Assembly (NCBI GenBank): GCA_051599415.1
Contig: AP039691.1
Span: forward strand, 496,001 to 560,000
Length of the DNA stretch: 64,000 bases
Origin: Savitreella phatthalungensis
Lineage: Eukaryota
Reading direction: 5' to 3'
Below are positions 20,370-31,276 of this stretch, in pieces (position 1 is the stretch's first letter; each line of letters starts with the position of its first letter). The notes under the pieces are model-generated. The model had not been told where the DNA came from. It searched no databases and saw only the letters and a list, made by a program, of their open reading frames with translations. Made by a program: the position numbers and the translations under genes.

Positions 20370-20933
20370 ATGGAAGAGAGACTGAGAGAAGCGTTGGCTA
20401 GGATTGACAAGGGTCAGACTCAAACGCTCAAGGATCTCTTCCTCCATGTGGCTTTAAGTGATGAATCAAGCTTTGTACGGTTACAGGACAACCTGGAACT
20501 AAACGTCACGCTGAAGCTGCTGGAACACGACTTCACGGACGACACGCTTGTGCTGCTGCAAGGTGCCATTTTGATGCACCATTCATCTCGCCGTATACTG
20601 TGCGGGCAGCTCAACCGATTACTAACTCACATCGAAGGTGGCTCTAGGTGTGCAGTCTCGACGCTGGTATGCTGCATGGCTGACTCATCCACATCGCTCC
20701 GTCAGCTTGAGCGTGCTGATGGATTGAGAAGACTATCATCTGTCTTCCGCAAGCACAAGCTACTACAAATGCCATTGCTCGAATTCTTCTACCTCTACTT
20801 ATCGAAGGAAGCCCCCTGTGCAGAGGCACGATCAGTGGAAGAGAAGCAGAAACTCCTTGGAGCTCATCTAGCTCACGTTGACGCCCTTGTGGACGATCTA
20901 CAAAAGTACAAACCCTTTGAGATTGCTTCATGA
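20370..20933 (+). CDS. cdc14: Septation initiation network Cdc14 (S. pombe type, Sid1 partner; not the phosphatase)
   Basis: LQDNLELNV, LLQGAILMHHSSR, LLEFFYLYL and EEKQKLLG...VDALVDDL...PF motifs. Confidence 0.8.
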   Translation: MEERLREALARIDKGQTQTLKDLFLHVALSDESSFVRLQDNLELNVTLKLLEHDFTDDTLVLLQGAILMHHSSRRILCGQLNRLLTHIEGGSRCAVSTLVCCMADSSTSLRQLERADGLRRLSSVFRKHKLLQMPLLEFFYLYLSKEAPCAEARSVEEKQKLLGAHLAHVDALVDDLQKYKPFEIAS

Positions 20934-21305
20934 GCTGCTTTATTGGATGAATACCACCAACATGGCCATCATCTATCGCTCACTGAGCTCTAAGCATGAT
21001 TCGCTGCGTTTACAGTCTTCATCGTCAACCCTCCCCATATCCATCAACAGCAGTTGACCATATCAACTGTCAGCACTGCAGTGCACCTTTCACCTTATCC
21101 AAGCTTCTCCACACAATAAAAATATCGATCGTGATGATCGACAAGAGATTTGAGTAAGAGTTGGAATGAACACGAAGCAGAAAGAATAAAGGACCGACCT
21201 CAAGGATCACCATCATCAACCAGGCGCGATAGTATTCTACCAAGAGTCAGGAAAAGGTCATCAGGATCTATTCGGGGAAGTACACCAGTTCTTCGCCTCA
21301 GAGTC

Positions 21306-22352
21306 ATGGCAGGAGCAGTCAACATCGCAGTCGTCGGTGCTGGTCTGGTGGGAAAAGAGTTTCTACGTCAGCTAGCAGCATTCAATACCCGTAGCTCAAC
21401 TCTCAAGCTCAACGTTATCTCTGTTCAACGCAGCGCAAAAGGAGTTCGATCAAAGGACTTCTCACCGCTAACCAATTTCAATGAGAACGAAGATGCCCTG
21501 ACCATGGATGATCTAGCAGCATGGCTCAAGACATCCCCATCACCAGTAATCGTCGTCGACAATACTTCATCGGAATTTGTTGCCGCATCATACCCTTCTT
21601 TCCTCCAGCAGGGCATCGCCATTGCCACGCCGAACAAAAAGGCATTCAGTGGACCGCTCGACCTGTTCGAGGCAATCGCTCGTGGACCAGGCCTCTGTTA
21701 CCACGAATCTTCCGTCGGAGCGGGCCTCCCAATCATCAGCACGCTCAACGACCTCGTTCTCACAGGCGACAAGATCCACAAGATCGAGGGCATCTTCTCT
21801 GGTACTTTGAGCTACATCTTCAACGAGTTTTCCTCCAGAGACCAACCATTCAGTAGCGTCGTCAAGGTTGCAAAGGAGCTCGGCTATACGGAACCAGACC
21901 CTCGGGACGATTTGAACGGTATGGATGTAGCAAGGAAGCTCACTATCCTGGCAAGATTATCAGGACTTATGGTGAAGCCGAACAGCTTCCCGATCCACTC
22001 ACTCATTCCAGATGGTCTTCAATCATGCAAATCTGGGGATGAGTTCGTCGCAGGTCTACCTCAATATGACGCAGACATGGATGCTCTGAAGAAATCTGCG
22101 GACGGAGAGGGTAAGGTCTTGCGGTTCGTCGGCTCGCTCGACACGCGCTCGGGAGAAGTCAAGGTATCTCTGGAGAAGGTTGCAAAGACACACCCATTCG
22201 CATCGCTGCAAGGCAGTGACAACGTCGTAGCCTTCACATCAGAACGCTACCCGCAGAATCCCCTCATTGTCCAAGGAGCCGGCGCAGGAGCAGCAGTGAC
22301 AGCGATGGGTGTGCTCGCAGACGTCATCAAGATTGCCCAGAGACTAGCATAG
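21306..22352 (+). CDS. HOM6: Homoserine dehydrogenase
   Basis: GAGLVG, VDNTSS, TPNKKAFS, ESSVGAGLPII, GYTEPDPRDDLNGMDVARK and GAGAGAAVTA motifs; ATG at 21306. Confidence 0.96.
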   Translation: MAGAVNIAVVGAGLVGKEFLRQLAAFNTRSSTLKLNVISVQRSAKGVRSKDFSPLTNFNENEDALTMDDLAAWLKTSPSPVIVVDNTSSEFVAASYPSFLQQGIAIATPNKKAFSGPLDLFEAIARGPGLCYHESSVGAGLPIISTLNDLVLTGDKIHKIEGIFSGTLSYIFNEFSSRDQPFSSVVKVAKELGYTEPDPRDDLNGMDVARKLTILARLSGLMVKPNSFPIHSLIPDGLQSCKSGDEFVAGLPQYDADMDALKKSADGEGKVLRFVGSLDTRSGEVKVSLEKVAKTHPFASLQGSDNVVAFTSERYPQNPLIVQGAGAGAAVTAMGVLADVIKIAQRLA

Positions 22353-22671
22353 AGAAGCCGTTGCATGCACGATCAACCTGCAAGATCAAGAAGATCTCAA
22401 GGACACGTCTAAGCTCTGAACAATCGTGCCGTGATGCTCAGTGATGTACCGTCATGTGCAGGGTTGTGCTCTTGTTCAGTGCCGCTGGTTGACCTGCCAT
22501 TGTCACACTACGCAATTTCGTATTCAATTTTGCTAGACAACATCTCTGAAGTCACAGTCACACTATAACACATTACAAGGCTACATCGAAGGACATCCGA
22601 CACAGATACACCGCACAGATGTCGATACGTGGAAGTGTTTCGACAGGGTGAGCACGTCTTGAGACCACATC

Positions 22672-24834
22672 ATGAGCGGTCGCAGAAGCTCAAGAGAGAG
22701 ACCAAGAGGTCCCTCGCGCTACGACAATGATGCAAGGAGAAGACAGCATCATGCACGCGGCAAAAGTCCCGAGCCCTATGCTCCTGGCAACTACGGACCT
22801 CCAAGAGAGCTGAGAGAACTGGATGCTCGCATGTCTGTGCAGGCCACATTCGACTCCAACAACATCCCCCTGGGAAAGCGCAGGGACGTGGGCAGGAACA
22901 CCGACAGAGAGCCCCCTGTGGACCGGAAGAGAGTTGCTTCTCCACCTGAGTCCAGAAAGCGCAATGACAGACGTGTAGATCACCATGATTACAGACCAGC
23001 AGGTGGAGATAGAAGGGGACGTCAAGAGTCGCATGAACATCCACCTGCGTCACCCCCAGACTGGTTCGAAGAACGTCGTCGGAAAGCCACAGGGCCCTTA
23101 TCATCACCATCGCATCCCAAATCACCGCAGCCACAACCACAGCAGCAGAGGGCTCTGAGTCTGAAAGAAAGGCTCGGAACCACTCGCCCGGGCCCCGCTT
23201 CTCCTCCACCGCCAAAACGACAGAGAGCGACCTCTCCACGGCGGCAAGAAGCAGATAGTCAGGATTGGCAGAGACAGGCTGACCGCGGTCGCAGGACAGA
23301 GCAACCAAATCAGCGAGGCAGATATGAGGACGAACGAGACCACAGACATAGTCACGGGCAAGTATCCGGCCAAGCATATACACGTGGTCCTGCATATGCT
23401 CACGGGCACGCGCGTCACCACGGCGGATACAACAACAGACAGTATCCTCGCTCTCCAGAGACCTACAAAAACAAGACAGCGAAGTCTGATGGATACAGAC
23501 AGAGGCAGTATTCGCCAGACTCACAGAGACATAGACATTACTCACCTGACAACCGCAGATATCGTCAGTCGTCACCGGAACGACATCGCAGCCGGCAACT
23601 CACGCCAGCTCCACCTTCACCACCTCGACCGCCTTCACCTATTGACCGTCATCTTCTGCTCGGTAATTTTGTCAGCGGCAGTATCTACGAACGCCTCGGC
23701 CAAGTCGGCGAAGGCACGTACGGTATCGTCTTCAAAGCTCAGAACGTGCTCACCTCTGAAGTGGTGGCGCTCAAACGCATTCGAATGGACAAAGAACGCG
23801 ACGGCTTCCCGATTACTTCGATGCGTGAGATCAAGATCCTTCAGAAGCTTCGCCATCCCGGTGTCGTCCGTCTGCTAGAGATGATGATTGAGCGCAAGGA
23901 TGTCTTCATGGTGTTCGAGTACATGGCTCACGACCTCAGTGGCTTACTGGGCACGACGGATTTGAATTTCTCGCCCGCGAACGTCAAAGACATAGCACAC
24001 CAGCTGCTCAGCGCCCTAGGCTACCTGCATCACAATCGCGTCCTTCATCGTGACCTCAAAGGGTCCAATATCCTCATGGACGGGAATGGCGTACTCAAGC
24101 TTGCCGACTTTGGTCTTGCACGTCACTTCTCGCCCCGTGCAAAGACTGCAGATTACACGAATCGCGTCATCACATTGTGGTACCGGCCACCGGAGCTCCT
24201 TCTCGGTGCTACAGCCTACACAGATGCGATCGACATCTGGTCCGCCGGCTGCATTCTCATGGAAATTGTCGACCGCCACCCTCTCCTGCCTGGAGATAAC
24301 GAGCTCCGCCAGCTCGAATTGACATACGGCATGTTTGGAGTGCCGACGGTTGAGACCTGGCCTGGCGTTGATCAGCTGCCGTGGTTCGAACTCCTGAAGT
24401 CTCCTGTCATCAAGCCTACGCAACCGCGTCACAAGCGCGAGACCATGGTCCCAGAGCATCTCCCTGCCTTCCGCCACTACTTTGCCGACAAGTTGTCCGA
24501 GCAAGCGTATAGCTTCATGTGCTCGATCCTCTCAATGGACCCCGCAAAGCGGCCGTCTGCCAACGAAGCCCTGCTCCACCCGTACTTCACTGAGGAGCTG
24601 CCAAAACCGGAGAGATTGGTCCTTGATGGCGTGCAGGAAGTCCACGAATGGGACCACAAGGAACGAAAGCGGGAAGAACGTCGGCAACAGCGCGTTGCCG
24701 ATGAAGCCACAGCCGGAGCCTCGCGCCCAGACACTAAGCATACAACGAAGGCGGCAGCCCCAGTCAGCAAAAAAGCCCCCGTGGCCGTAATCGAGGAGGA
24801 GAACGACGATCACACACTACTCGCCTCAGCATAA
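22672..24834 (+). CDS. CTK1: CTD kinase I catalytic subunit (Ctk1/Lsk1, CDK12-like) with an RS/RD-rich N-terminus
   Basis: GEGTYG, GFPITSMREIK, HRDLKGSN and DYTNRVITLWYRPPELLLG motifs. Confidence 0.88.
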   Translation: MSGRRSSRERPRGPSRYDNDARRRQHHARGKSPEPYAPGNYGPPRELRELDARMSVQATFDSNNIPLGKRRDVGRNTDREPPVDRKRVASPPESRKRNDRRVDHHDYRPAGGDRRGRQESHEHPPASPPDWFEERRRKATGPLSSPSHPKSPQPQPQQQRALSLKERLGTTRPGPASPPPPKRQRATSPRRQEADSQDWQRQADRGRRTEQPNQRGRYEDERDHRHSHGQVSGQAYTRGPAYAHGHARHHGGYNNRQYPRSPETYKNKTAKSDGYRQRQYSPDSQRHRHYSPDNRRYRQSSPERHRSRQLTPAPPSPPRPPSPIDRHLLLGNFVSGSIYERLGQVGEGTYGIVFKAQNVLTSEVVALKRIRMDKERDGFPITSMREIKILQKLRHPGVVRLLEMMIERKDVFMVFEYMAHDLSGLLGTTDLNFSPANVKDIAHQLLSALGYLHHNRVLHRDLKGSNILMDGNGVLKLADFGLARHFSPRAKTADYTNRVITLWYRPPELLLGATAYTDAIDIWSAGCILMEIVDRHPLLPGDNELRQLELTYGMFGVPTVETWPGVDQLPWFELLKSPVIKPTQPRHKRETMVPEHLPAFRHYFADKLSEQAYSFMCSILSMDPAKRPSANEALLHPYFTEELPKPERLVLDGVQEVHEWDHKERKREERRQQRVADEATAGASRPDTKHTTKAAAPVSKKAPVAVIEEENDDHTLLASA

Positions 24835-24881
24835 ATTAGCTAGAAGCAAGTCCTCAAATGCAAATATCTGCCATGCATGCT

Positions 24882-26564
24882 CTACAATTTCGCTCTTGCC
24901 TTGCCAGCCGCGCTTGGTCTTGTGCGTGGCGGCATCATGGCGTCTGCAACCTTGAGCATCGGATCCCAGAGCCCATCTGTCTCGACGGCGATCGACCCAT
25001 TAGCTTTCAAGTGACGAATCTGGTTGATCTCTGTCGTTCCCCAACCCTGCCCCACATCATTCTGACGTCTGCCCTTCTCCTCGATGAACATCTTCCAAGG
25101 TGCAAGCCACGCCTTAATCGCCAGCCTCTCCGACGGCTCCCACGCGCGTGCTTGATAGAACCAGACTGCGAGATCGCTGCCGTGCGGAACAAGGGGTCCA
25201 TCCGCGCCTGTGCCTGGGTAGGGCAGTTTGCGGGAGCGGAGGTGCGCCGGCGGCAGCGACCTCGCTGCAGCGGCGATGACCGATTTCGGCCTCCAGCTGA
25301 TCTTGTACCTCAGGACTGGCAGGTCCTGGCCACAGTCGAGTGAGCGTGCGAGGTGTCTGGTCGGTGCGCGCACCTGTGCTGCAGCGACGATATCGCCATA
25401 GTGGTCGAGGTGGTCGTTCAGGTGGGCGGCCGTCGAATGGCCAAAGTGGCGCAACAGCGAACCTGACACCTCCTCAGAGTAGTACTCCTCCAGCGCAAGC
25501 GCAAACTCACGCCTGTTACCAACGAGCGTCGGCGGATTGTACCCGCGGTACGTCGCCTCCTCGTGCGCCACCTCGCCATTGATCAGCCGGAAGCCGCGCT
25601 CGTGGAATCGCCTTGCAAACTCGCCGCTCACAAAGTCTTGCACCAAAGTGCTCGGAAGGAAGTCGTCATCGTGGGAAACGTGACGAAAAGCTCGCACCTT
25701 CAGCCTTGGGATCACCCCCACTAGCTTCTCCGCCGGCACTTGGCGCATCAGATCGACCGCAGCCTCGTGCGACAACGTGTCCTCGACCCCGAGCGCCTTG
25801 CGTAGCTCATCGAATTGCATCTGAGCCTCATGGCGCGGCTTCGACTGCGCCGAGACAGCGTTCGAGTACATGATGGCCTTGGTGAAGGTGGGTCCCTGGG
25901 CGATCGCGTCCCTGTGGAACAGCTCGTGGTAAATCTGGAGGTGGGTTGAGTTGGCACCGGCCGAGAGACCGCCGACGGTCATATTGCTTGGGTCGCCGCC
26001 GAAGTGAGCAATGTTGTCACGCACCCACTCGATCCCACATCGCTGATCCCACAGCCCATAGTTCCCACCGACCGCCTCCCCAGCCAGAAAACCAAACACA
26101 TTCAACCTATACCCAACAGCGACGATGATCGCTCTCAGTCCCAGCCCATCTTCCTCTTGGGAGAACAGCGGATCAAAATCGTACCCAGCCTCCTGAAGCG
26201 GCACCCCGATCTGCAACCAACCGCCGTGGATCCACACAAAGACAGGCCAGCCTGCGGAGGTTGGTGGTTTGCCACTTGGGATGCGGATGTTGACGTTCAG
26301 ACAGTCTTCCGACTGACTTTGACCCCTCGGCACGAAAGATGTGGGACGGCCATCAATCAAGGGCGATGGTTGTGGGCACACCGCGCCAGGACGCCGGCAA
26401 TCAAGCGTCCCATACACATGGCTTTTACTCAGACGAGCAGGCTTACGCCACCGCCGTTCACCGACAGGTGGCTGAGCATAAGGGATACCATAGAAGCATC
26501 GCACCCCGCCAGGCGTCAAGCTGCCAGTGAAGGTGCTCCCGTTGAACTCGATTGTCGTAGACAT
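24882..26564 (-). CDS. Type B carboxylesterase (alpha/beta hydrolase) with a C-terminal PTS1-like AKL
   Basis: GIPYAQPP, SEDCLNVNI, WIHGG, GYRLNVFGF, GNYGLWDQ, FGGDP, nucleophile GLSAG and HGSDL motifs. Confidence 0.92.
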   Translation of the reverse strand: MSTTIEFNGSTFTGSLTPGGVRCFYGIPYAQPPVGERRWRKPARLSKSHVYGTLDCRRPGAVCPQPSPLIDGRPTSFVPRGQSQSEDCLNVNIRIPSGKPPTSAGWPVFVWIHGGWLQIGVPLQEAGYDFDPLFSQEEDGLGLRAIIVAVGYRLNVFGFLAGEAVGGNYGLWDQRCGIEWVRDNIAHFGGDPSNMTVGGLSAGANSTHLQIYHELFHRDAIAQGPTFTKAIMYSNAVSAQSKPRHEAQMQFDELRKALGVEDTLSHEAAVDLMRQVPAEKLVGVIPRLKVRAFRHVSHDDDFLPSTLVQDFVSGEFARRFHERGFRLINGEVAHEEATYRGYNPPTLVGNRREFALALEEYYSEEVSGSLLRHFGHSTAAHLNDHLDHYGDIVAAAQVRAPTRHLARSLDCGQDLPVLRYKISWRPKSVIAAAARSLPPAHLRSRKLPYPGTGADGPLVPHGSDLAVWFYQARAWEPSERLAIKAWLAPWKMFIEEKGRRQNDVGQGWGTTEINQIRHLKANGSIAVETDGLWDPMLKVADAMMPPRTRPSAAGKARAKL

Positions 26565-26801
26565 GCCCGTTGAAGTCTCGGTAGCTGCCGTCTGGACGGA
26601 CGTGTTTTCACTCGAGGAAATACCGGTACGGAAATTGTGTGGGGTAATGCCCGATCTGCGCGGGAGAATTGATTCACATGCAGTGTAGTCAGGGATCTAT
26701 GACGGTACGCTCAGTGACACTTCATGTACAAATGCCGTTGTAATACTGCTACATCTCTTGTGCTATAGCTTAGGTATGGAATCCTTGCTGCACCCTGCTG
26801 T

Positions 26802-27773
26802 CTATCTGAAGACAACAGTCTTGGCCTCGTTCATGAGGATGCGATGCTCGGCATGCCACTTGACTGCACGAGCCAAGGTCAAGCATTCTGTGGCGGAGCC
26901 AATCGCCGTCAGAGCCTTGACGTCGTGTGTGTGGTCGACTCGCTCGATCCCCTGCTCGATGATTGGTCCCTCGTCGAGATCGCTAGTGACGTAGTGAGCA
27001 GTCGAGCCGACAAGCTTGACGCCGCGGTCGAATGCCTGGAAATACGGTTTCGCGCCCTTGAACGAGGGCAAGAAGGAATGATGAATGTTGATCGCCTTGC
27101 CACTCACTCGAGAACACATCTTTGGCGACAAGATCTGCATATACCGGGCCAAGACTACCAGATCGATCTTCTCCTCCTGGTGTAGCTCCCAGATGCGCTC
27201 CTCCTGAGCCTCCTTGTTGTTCTTGTTTACTGGCAAATGGTGGAAGGGGATGTTGTACGAGGCCGCAAGCTGGTAGAAGTCCTTGTGGTTGGAGACAATC
27301 AGCGGGATATCTATCGGTAGCTGGCCCGTAGACCACCGGTAGAGCAAATCGTTGAGGCAATGGCCGATCTTCGAGACCATCAGCATCACGCGTGGCTTGA
27401 CAGATGCGTCATGCAATTCCCACGTCATGCCGAACGGCGATGCAATGTCTGTAGAGAATCGCTCCTTCATGACATTCAGTGAATCTGCTGTCGGGGTCGA
27501 GTAGTGGACGCGCATGAAGAACTTGCCTGTCGAGGGATCGCCGAACTGAGCACTGTCGATGATATTTGCGTCAAAGTCGCGAACTGCTCCGCTGACCGCG
27601 TGTACAATCCCGGGCTTGTCGTCGCATGCAAGCGTCAGGATATAGTTCGGATTCGCGTCCGGCGTTGTGCTCATCGTTGGGTGTTTGACAATCCGATCTG
27701 CGGTCGACAAAGGCCGAGTCAAGGGTCTTGACACGAGAGGACAGACCTGCCGCCTGACTAGCGACCGCAGCAT
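26802..27773 (-). CDS. purU: Formyltetrahydrofolate deformylase (ACT domain plus formyltransferase) with a mitochondrial presequence
   Basis: CDDKPGIVHAVS, VSKIGHCLNDLL, LARYMQIL, INIHHSFLPSFKGAKPY, DLDEGPIIEQ and KTVVF motifs. Confidence 0.93.
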   Translation of the reverse strand: MLRSLVRRQVCPLVSRPLTRPLSTADRIVKHPTMSTTPDANPNYILTLACDDKPGIVHAVSGAVRDFDANIIDSAQFGDPSTGKFFMRVHYSTPTADSLNVMKERFSTDIASPFGMTWELHDASVKPRVMLMVSKIGHCLNDLLYRWSTGQLPIDIPLIVSNHKDFYQLAASYNIPFHHLPVNKNNKEAQEERIWELHQEEKIDLVVLARYMQILSPKMCSRVSGKAINIHHSFLPSFKGAKPYFQAFDRGVKLVGSTAHYVTSDLDEGPIIEQGIERVDHTHDVKALTAIGSATECLTLARAVKWHAEHRILMNEAKTVVFR

Positions 27774-28115
27774 GACTGTATAAGGCTTTTACAGTGTTCC
27801 GACAGGGCGTTTTAGGCTAAGCAATCTATGTGACAACTACAAGGACACTGAGAAAGTTGCTGCAGATCCTAGATTTGCGTGGGTCGATTGTGGGACAGAC
27901 TTTTGTGCATCCGCGGACGAAGCTCACGTGAATTTCTTCGAGGTCGATGATCGACGTCAGGCACCACAGATCAATAAAAGCATCACGAAGTCGACGTCAG
28001 CGCACATAGGAGCATATACGACCTTCTTCGAGCCCGCGGGCCAGCGGATGAGCCTTCGCTGGTCGACGTAGTATTTTTGTAGGTGCCACGCGAGTGTGGC
28101 TACAGGTCGTGAAGC

Positions 28116-28856
28116 ATGTCGAATTGGGAGAAGCTGAAGGACAAGATTGGCGCGTCCAGTAATACGATTGCAAGCAAGAAGCGGAAACGTGACGAGGCAA
28201 GTGCACCGGCGAAGCAGAAGAAGAGACGCGAAGCTACCACAGAAAAGCTTTCGGCAGATGTTGCGACATCGACGCCGCCGCCGGAATCCGTGAGCGAGCC
28301 GCTCGTGCAGGAGGATCGCTCTGCAAAAGTCGGACGGTATGTTGCGCTGGATTGCGAGATGGTCGGCGTCAACGGACCACCACACGGCCCACGAGAAGAA
28401 TCGGCCCTCGCTAGAGTCTCAATCACAAACTATAACGGCCACACGGTGTACGATACATACGTGTCGCCGCCGCGAGGCAGCAAGATCACAGACTATCGGA
28501 CCTGGGTCTCTGGCATCCGGCCACAACACCTGTACAAGGCTCCTAGTGCTGACAGCGTGAAAGAGCACGTGCGTGAGCTACTCAAGGGGCGGATCTTGAT
28601 AGGTCACGCGCTCGGCAATGACTTCCGAGTTCTGGGCTTCTCACACCCGCGCCACCTGACAAGAGACACCAGCACATTCCCCGGGTTCAAGCAGTACGCG
28701 AAAGGTAAAACGCCGGGGCTGCGAGTGGTCTGCGAAGCCGAACTCGGTTTGAAAATCCAAGGAGGATCGCATTCGTCTGTGGAAGACGCCCAGGCAACCA
28801 TGGCACTGTATAGAAAGTACAAATCGGCATTTGAAGCTGGCGTCCGTCAACGCTGA
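28116..28856 (+). CDS. REX4: RNA exonuclease 4 (DEDDh)
   Basis: MSNWEKLK, VALDCEMVGV, TDYRTWVSGI, GHALGNDF and HSSVEDA motifs. Confidence 0.93.
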   Translation: MSNWEKLKDKIGASSNTIASKKRKRDEASAPAKQKKRREATTEKLSADVATSTPPPESVSEPLVQEDRSAKVGRYVALDCEMVGVNGPPHGPREESALARVSITNYNGHTVYDTYVSPPRGSKITDYRTWVSGIRPQHLYKAPSADSVKEHVRELLKGRILIGHALGNDFRVLGFSHPRHLTRDTSTFPGFKQYAKGKTPGLRVVCEAELGLKIQGGSHSSVEDAQATMALYRKYKSAFEAGVRQR

Positions 28857-31276
28857 AGAAGAACACCACCCTTTCTCGCCCGCTTTAAACAGATTAAAGA
28901 TTGTTCGGAGAAATGGCGCTCGGGATCAAAGTACAGGATGATAGAACAACTATAATGGGGCAGAACGATCGAAAAGACTGAATGTAGCATGAGCTGAGAT
29001 CACGATGTAGATAGTCCAAGGAATTCAGAAATGATGATGAAGTCGCCGTGGAAGTCATCCACGAGGTTTGATAGCCGGACGCCGCGCATTCATGACTGCA
29101 TGAAGATGAACAAGACAACAAAAGATACAGCACAGGCCGCGAGACTCAGATCAGGTCTGGTAAGTATTTCGCCGATGCAGAGTCAAACCTTCCTTCACGG
29201 CGATTACCGCTGTCTGCTGTAAAGCTGGGCGGTATAAACGGCATCTCGTCGAACGAGAACGTGACTTGCTTCGTGACGTGGCGAGCACGGGAACAAACGC
29301 ACGTTGCAGAATTCTTGATGGTGCTGCACTGCACACGACTCTCTTCTGAAATATTTTGACTAGTATTAGAGCCATTTTGCAAACTCCCTGTGAGCTTTGC
29401 TTAAATTCTCTCCAGATACACCAAGCTTCGGCAAATTTGGAAAGACTTAAAAATAGTTTATTTTGGACCACACCTCGACGGCGGACTTGCATGAATATTG
29501 ATGCAGCCTAATTTCGGCAGAGTTGATGATTGGTCAAAGTCTGATGAAGCCAATCTAAAATCCAATTTCACATGGAGATTACTCTTTCAATCTATCAGGG
29601 GTTGAGCACAGCTCGTCTGACTCTTCCAGGTTCATCCTTCAGTCTACAAGAGTCAAATGATCTTATGCTCATCAGCTAGGCATCTCATCTCTCGTGAGAT
29701 CCTTCTGCGGAAACGGATGTCTGAGTTACACCAGTCCTTACAACAGACAGCTCATTCACAATAGCATGCATCATGTGTTTCAGCATGAGTCTTCAGGGAT
29801 GAATGGACATGTGTGCTTGTCAAGATCTCCCGAATCGGAGCCAAGACAGCGGGCTGTGGTCTTCAGGTAGCGTGTAGGTGAAGATTGACTTGGCTGATTG
29901 GTTTCACGACAGCTGTACCTTCGATCTCTGATTTCTGTTACGAGAATAAGACTAGCTGTCTATGCACGATGCGTGTGACCTGTAGACAGGCTTTAAACAA
30001 GTGCAAAATAGGCATGAGATCGACCTATCGAATGGTCAACCTCTTAATAAAGTCTATCTTGATGTACATCGGACATGCGTCGACAGGCTATCGAAGCTCG
30101 TTTTACCGATTTGAACAGTGGCTAGATCCTGCCACGATCCTGTCACGATCGTTGTTGCTCCCCAGTAGTCATGACCTCGGATATCCTTTGTATCGCTGTA
30201 CCATTGTATGAATTATGAAAGTGATTCATGCGCTTTGACGAGGAACGAGCACGTAAACTATCTTAACAGGACGTGGCTTGAAGGAAGCTCCACCGGTCCA
30301 AGTTACCTTTCCACCGATGAGGAAGCGCAATTTCCTCCTCGGACAGCTTGTCAAAATAATACCAAGACTGAGACGTTCGATTCTTGGAAGGAAGGTAAGC
30401 AAGTATGAGAGCCAGCGAGGACTTACTCACAGTTGAAAATATTCCTACCCTCTGCAGCACCACCTTCACAAAAAGCCCCAAAGGGCTATCGATAAATCCA
30501 TCAACCATAAACCTGGCCGGTCTACCCTATCCGTCTGGCCTATCGAGAAATTGAACCACAAATCTAATGTAGAAGAACCATTCATTAAACCTGATCCAGA
30601 TTAGAAGACAAAAACCTTTTCATAAGGGAAGCCGTTGAATGAAGGTAGCAGGCTACTCCGAGATCTACATCTCCGGAGCGGCAGCGAGAGATGATCGGTG
30701 CCTAGAGCTAACTCGTCCAGTAGCAAGCATGCTCTCTGGATTACTTACTTTCACTGCTCTGGACCATAACAGGTCGGGAGATGAATGATGCAACATGACG
30801 CCAAGTGTGAAGCCGTTCTCTATTGCACCTTGTCGGATGTTACGCATGTCCCATGGGCATATTTGGGCATATCTGGGCAACTCCATGACTCGCTTTCTTG
30901 TTCATCCCGCTCGCCTGCCCCAAGTTACGTAGATCACGGCGTCGTCTTCGCACCGGACGTACCGTCATCCCCGAATAGGCTACCTACCTAACGAAGCAGG
31001 CTCCAAACACGCAGTCGTCTATCTGTACGGAACCTCGTATCGATGGAAGATATATAGATATCGCTTACCTCCCACATCCTAAATCTCCGTCCCTCCACAT
31101 CACTCTCTTGTGTTGGCTAGCCACTATCTATCATTCATCGACCGATTGTCCCTTGTGCTTCGTCACTGGACTGATAACATAATTCGTTCACTCTCTATCC
31201 ATCGCTCTCGACGTCCACCTTCTCTTAACTCACCGACCAAGCACGTTCTCTTCAACCACACATCAGACTACAAATC

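Noticed and set aside
22670..23575. Long antisense or alternate-frame ORFs (this 301-aa ORF, 37242-38498, 44102-44647 and similar)
   Set aside because: They are shadow ORFs of real GC-rich genes or low-complexity leaders, with no recognisable motifs.
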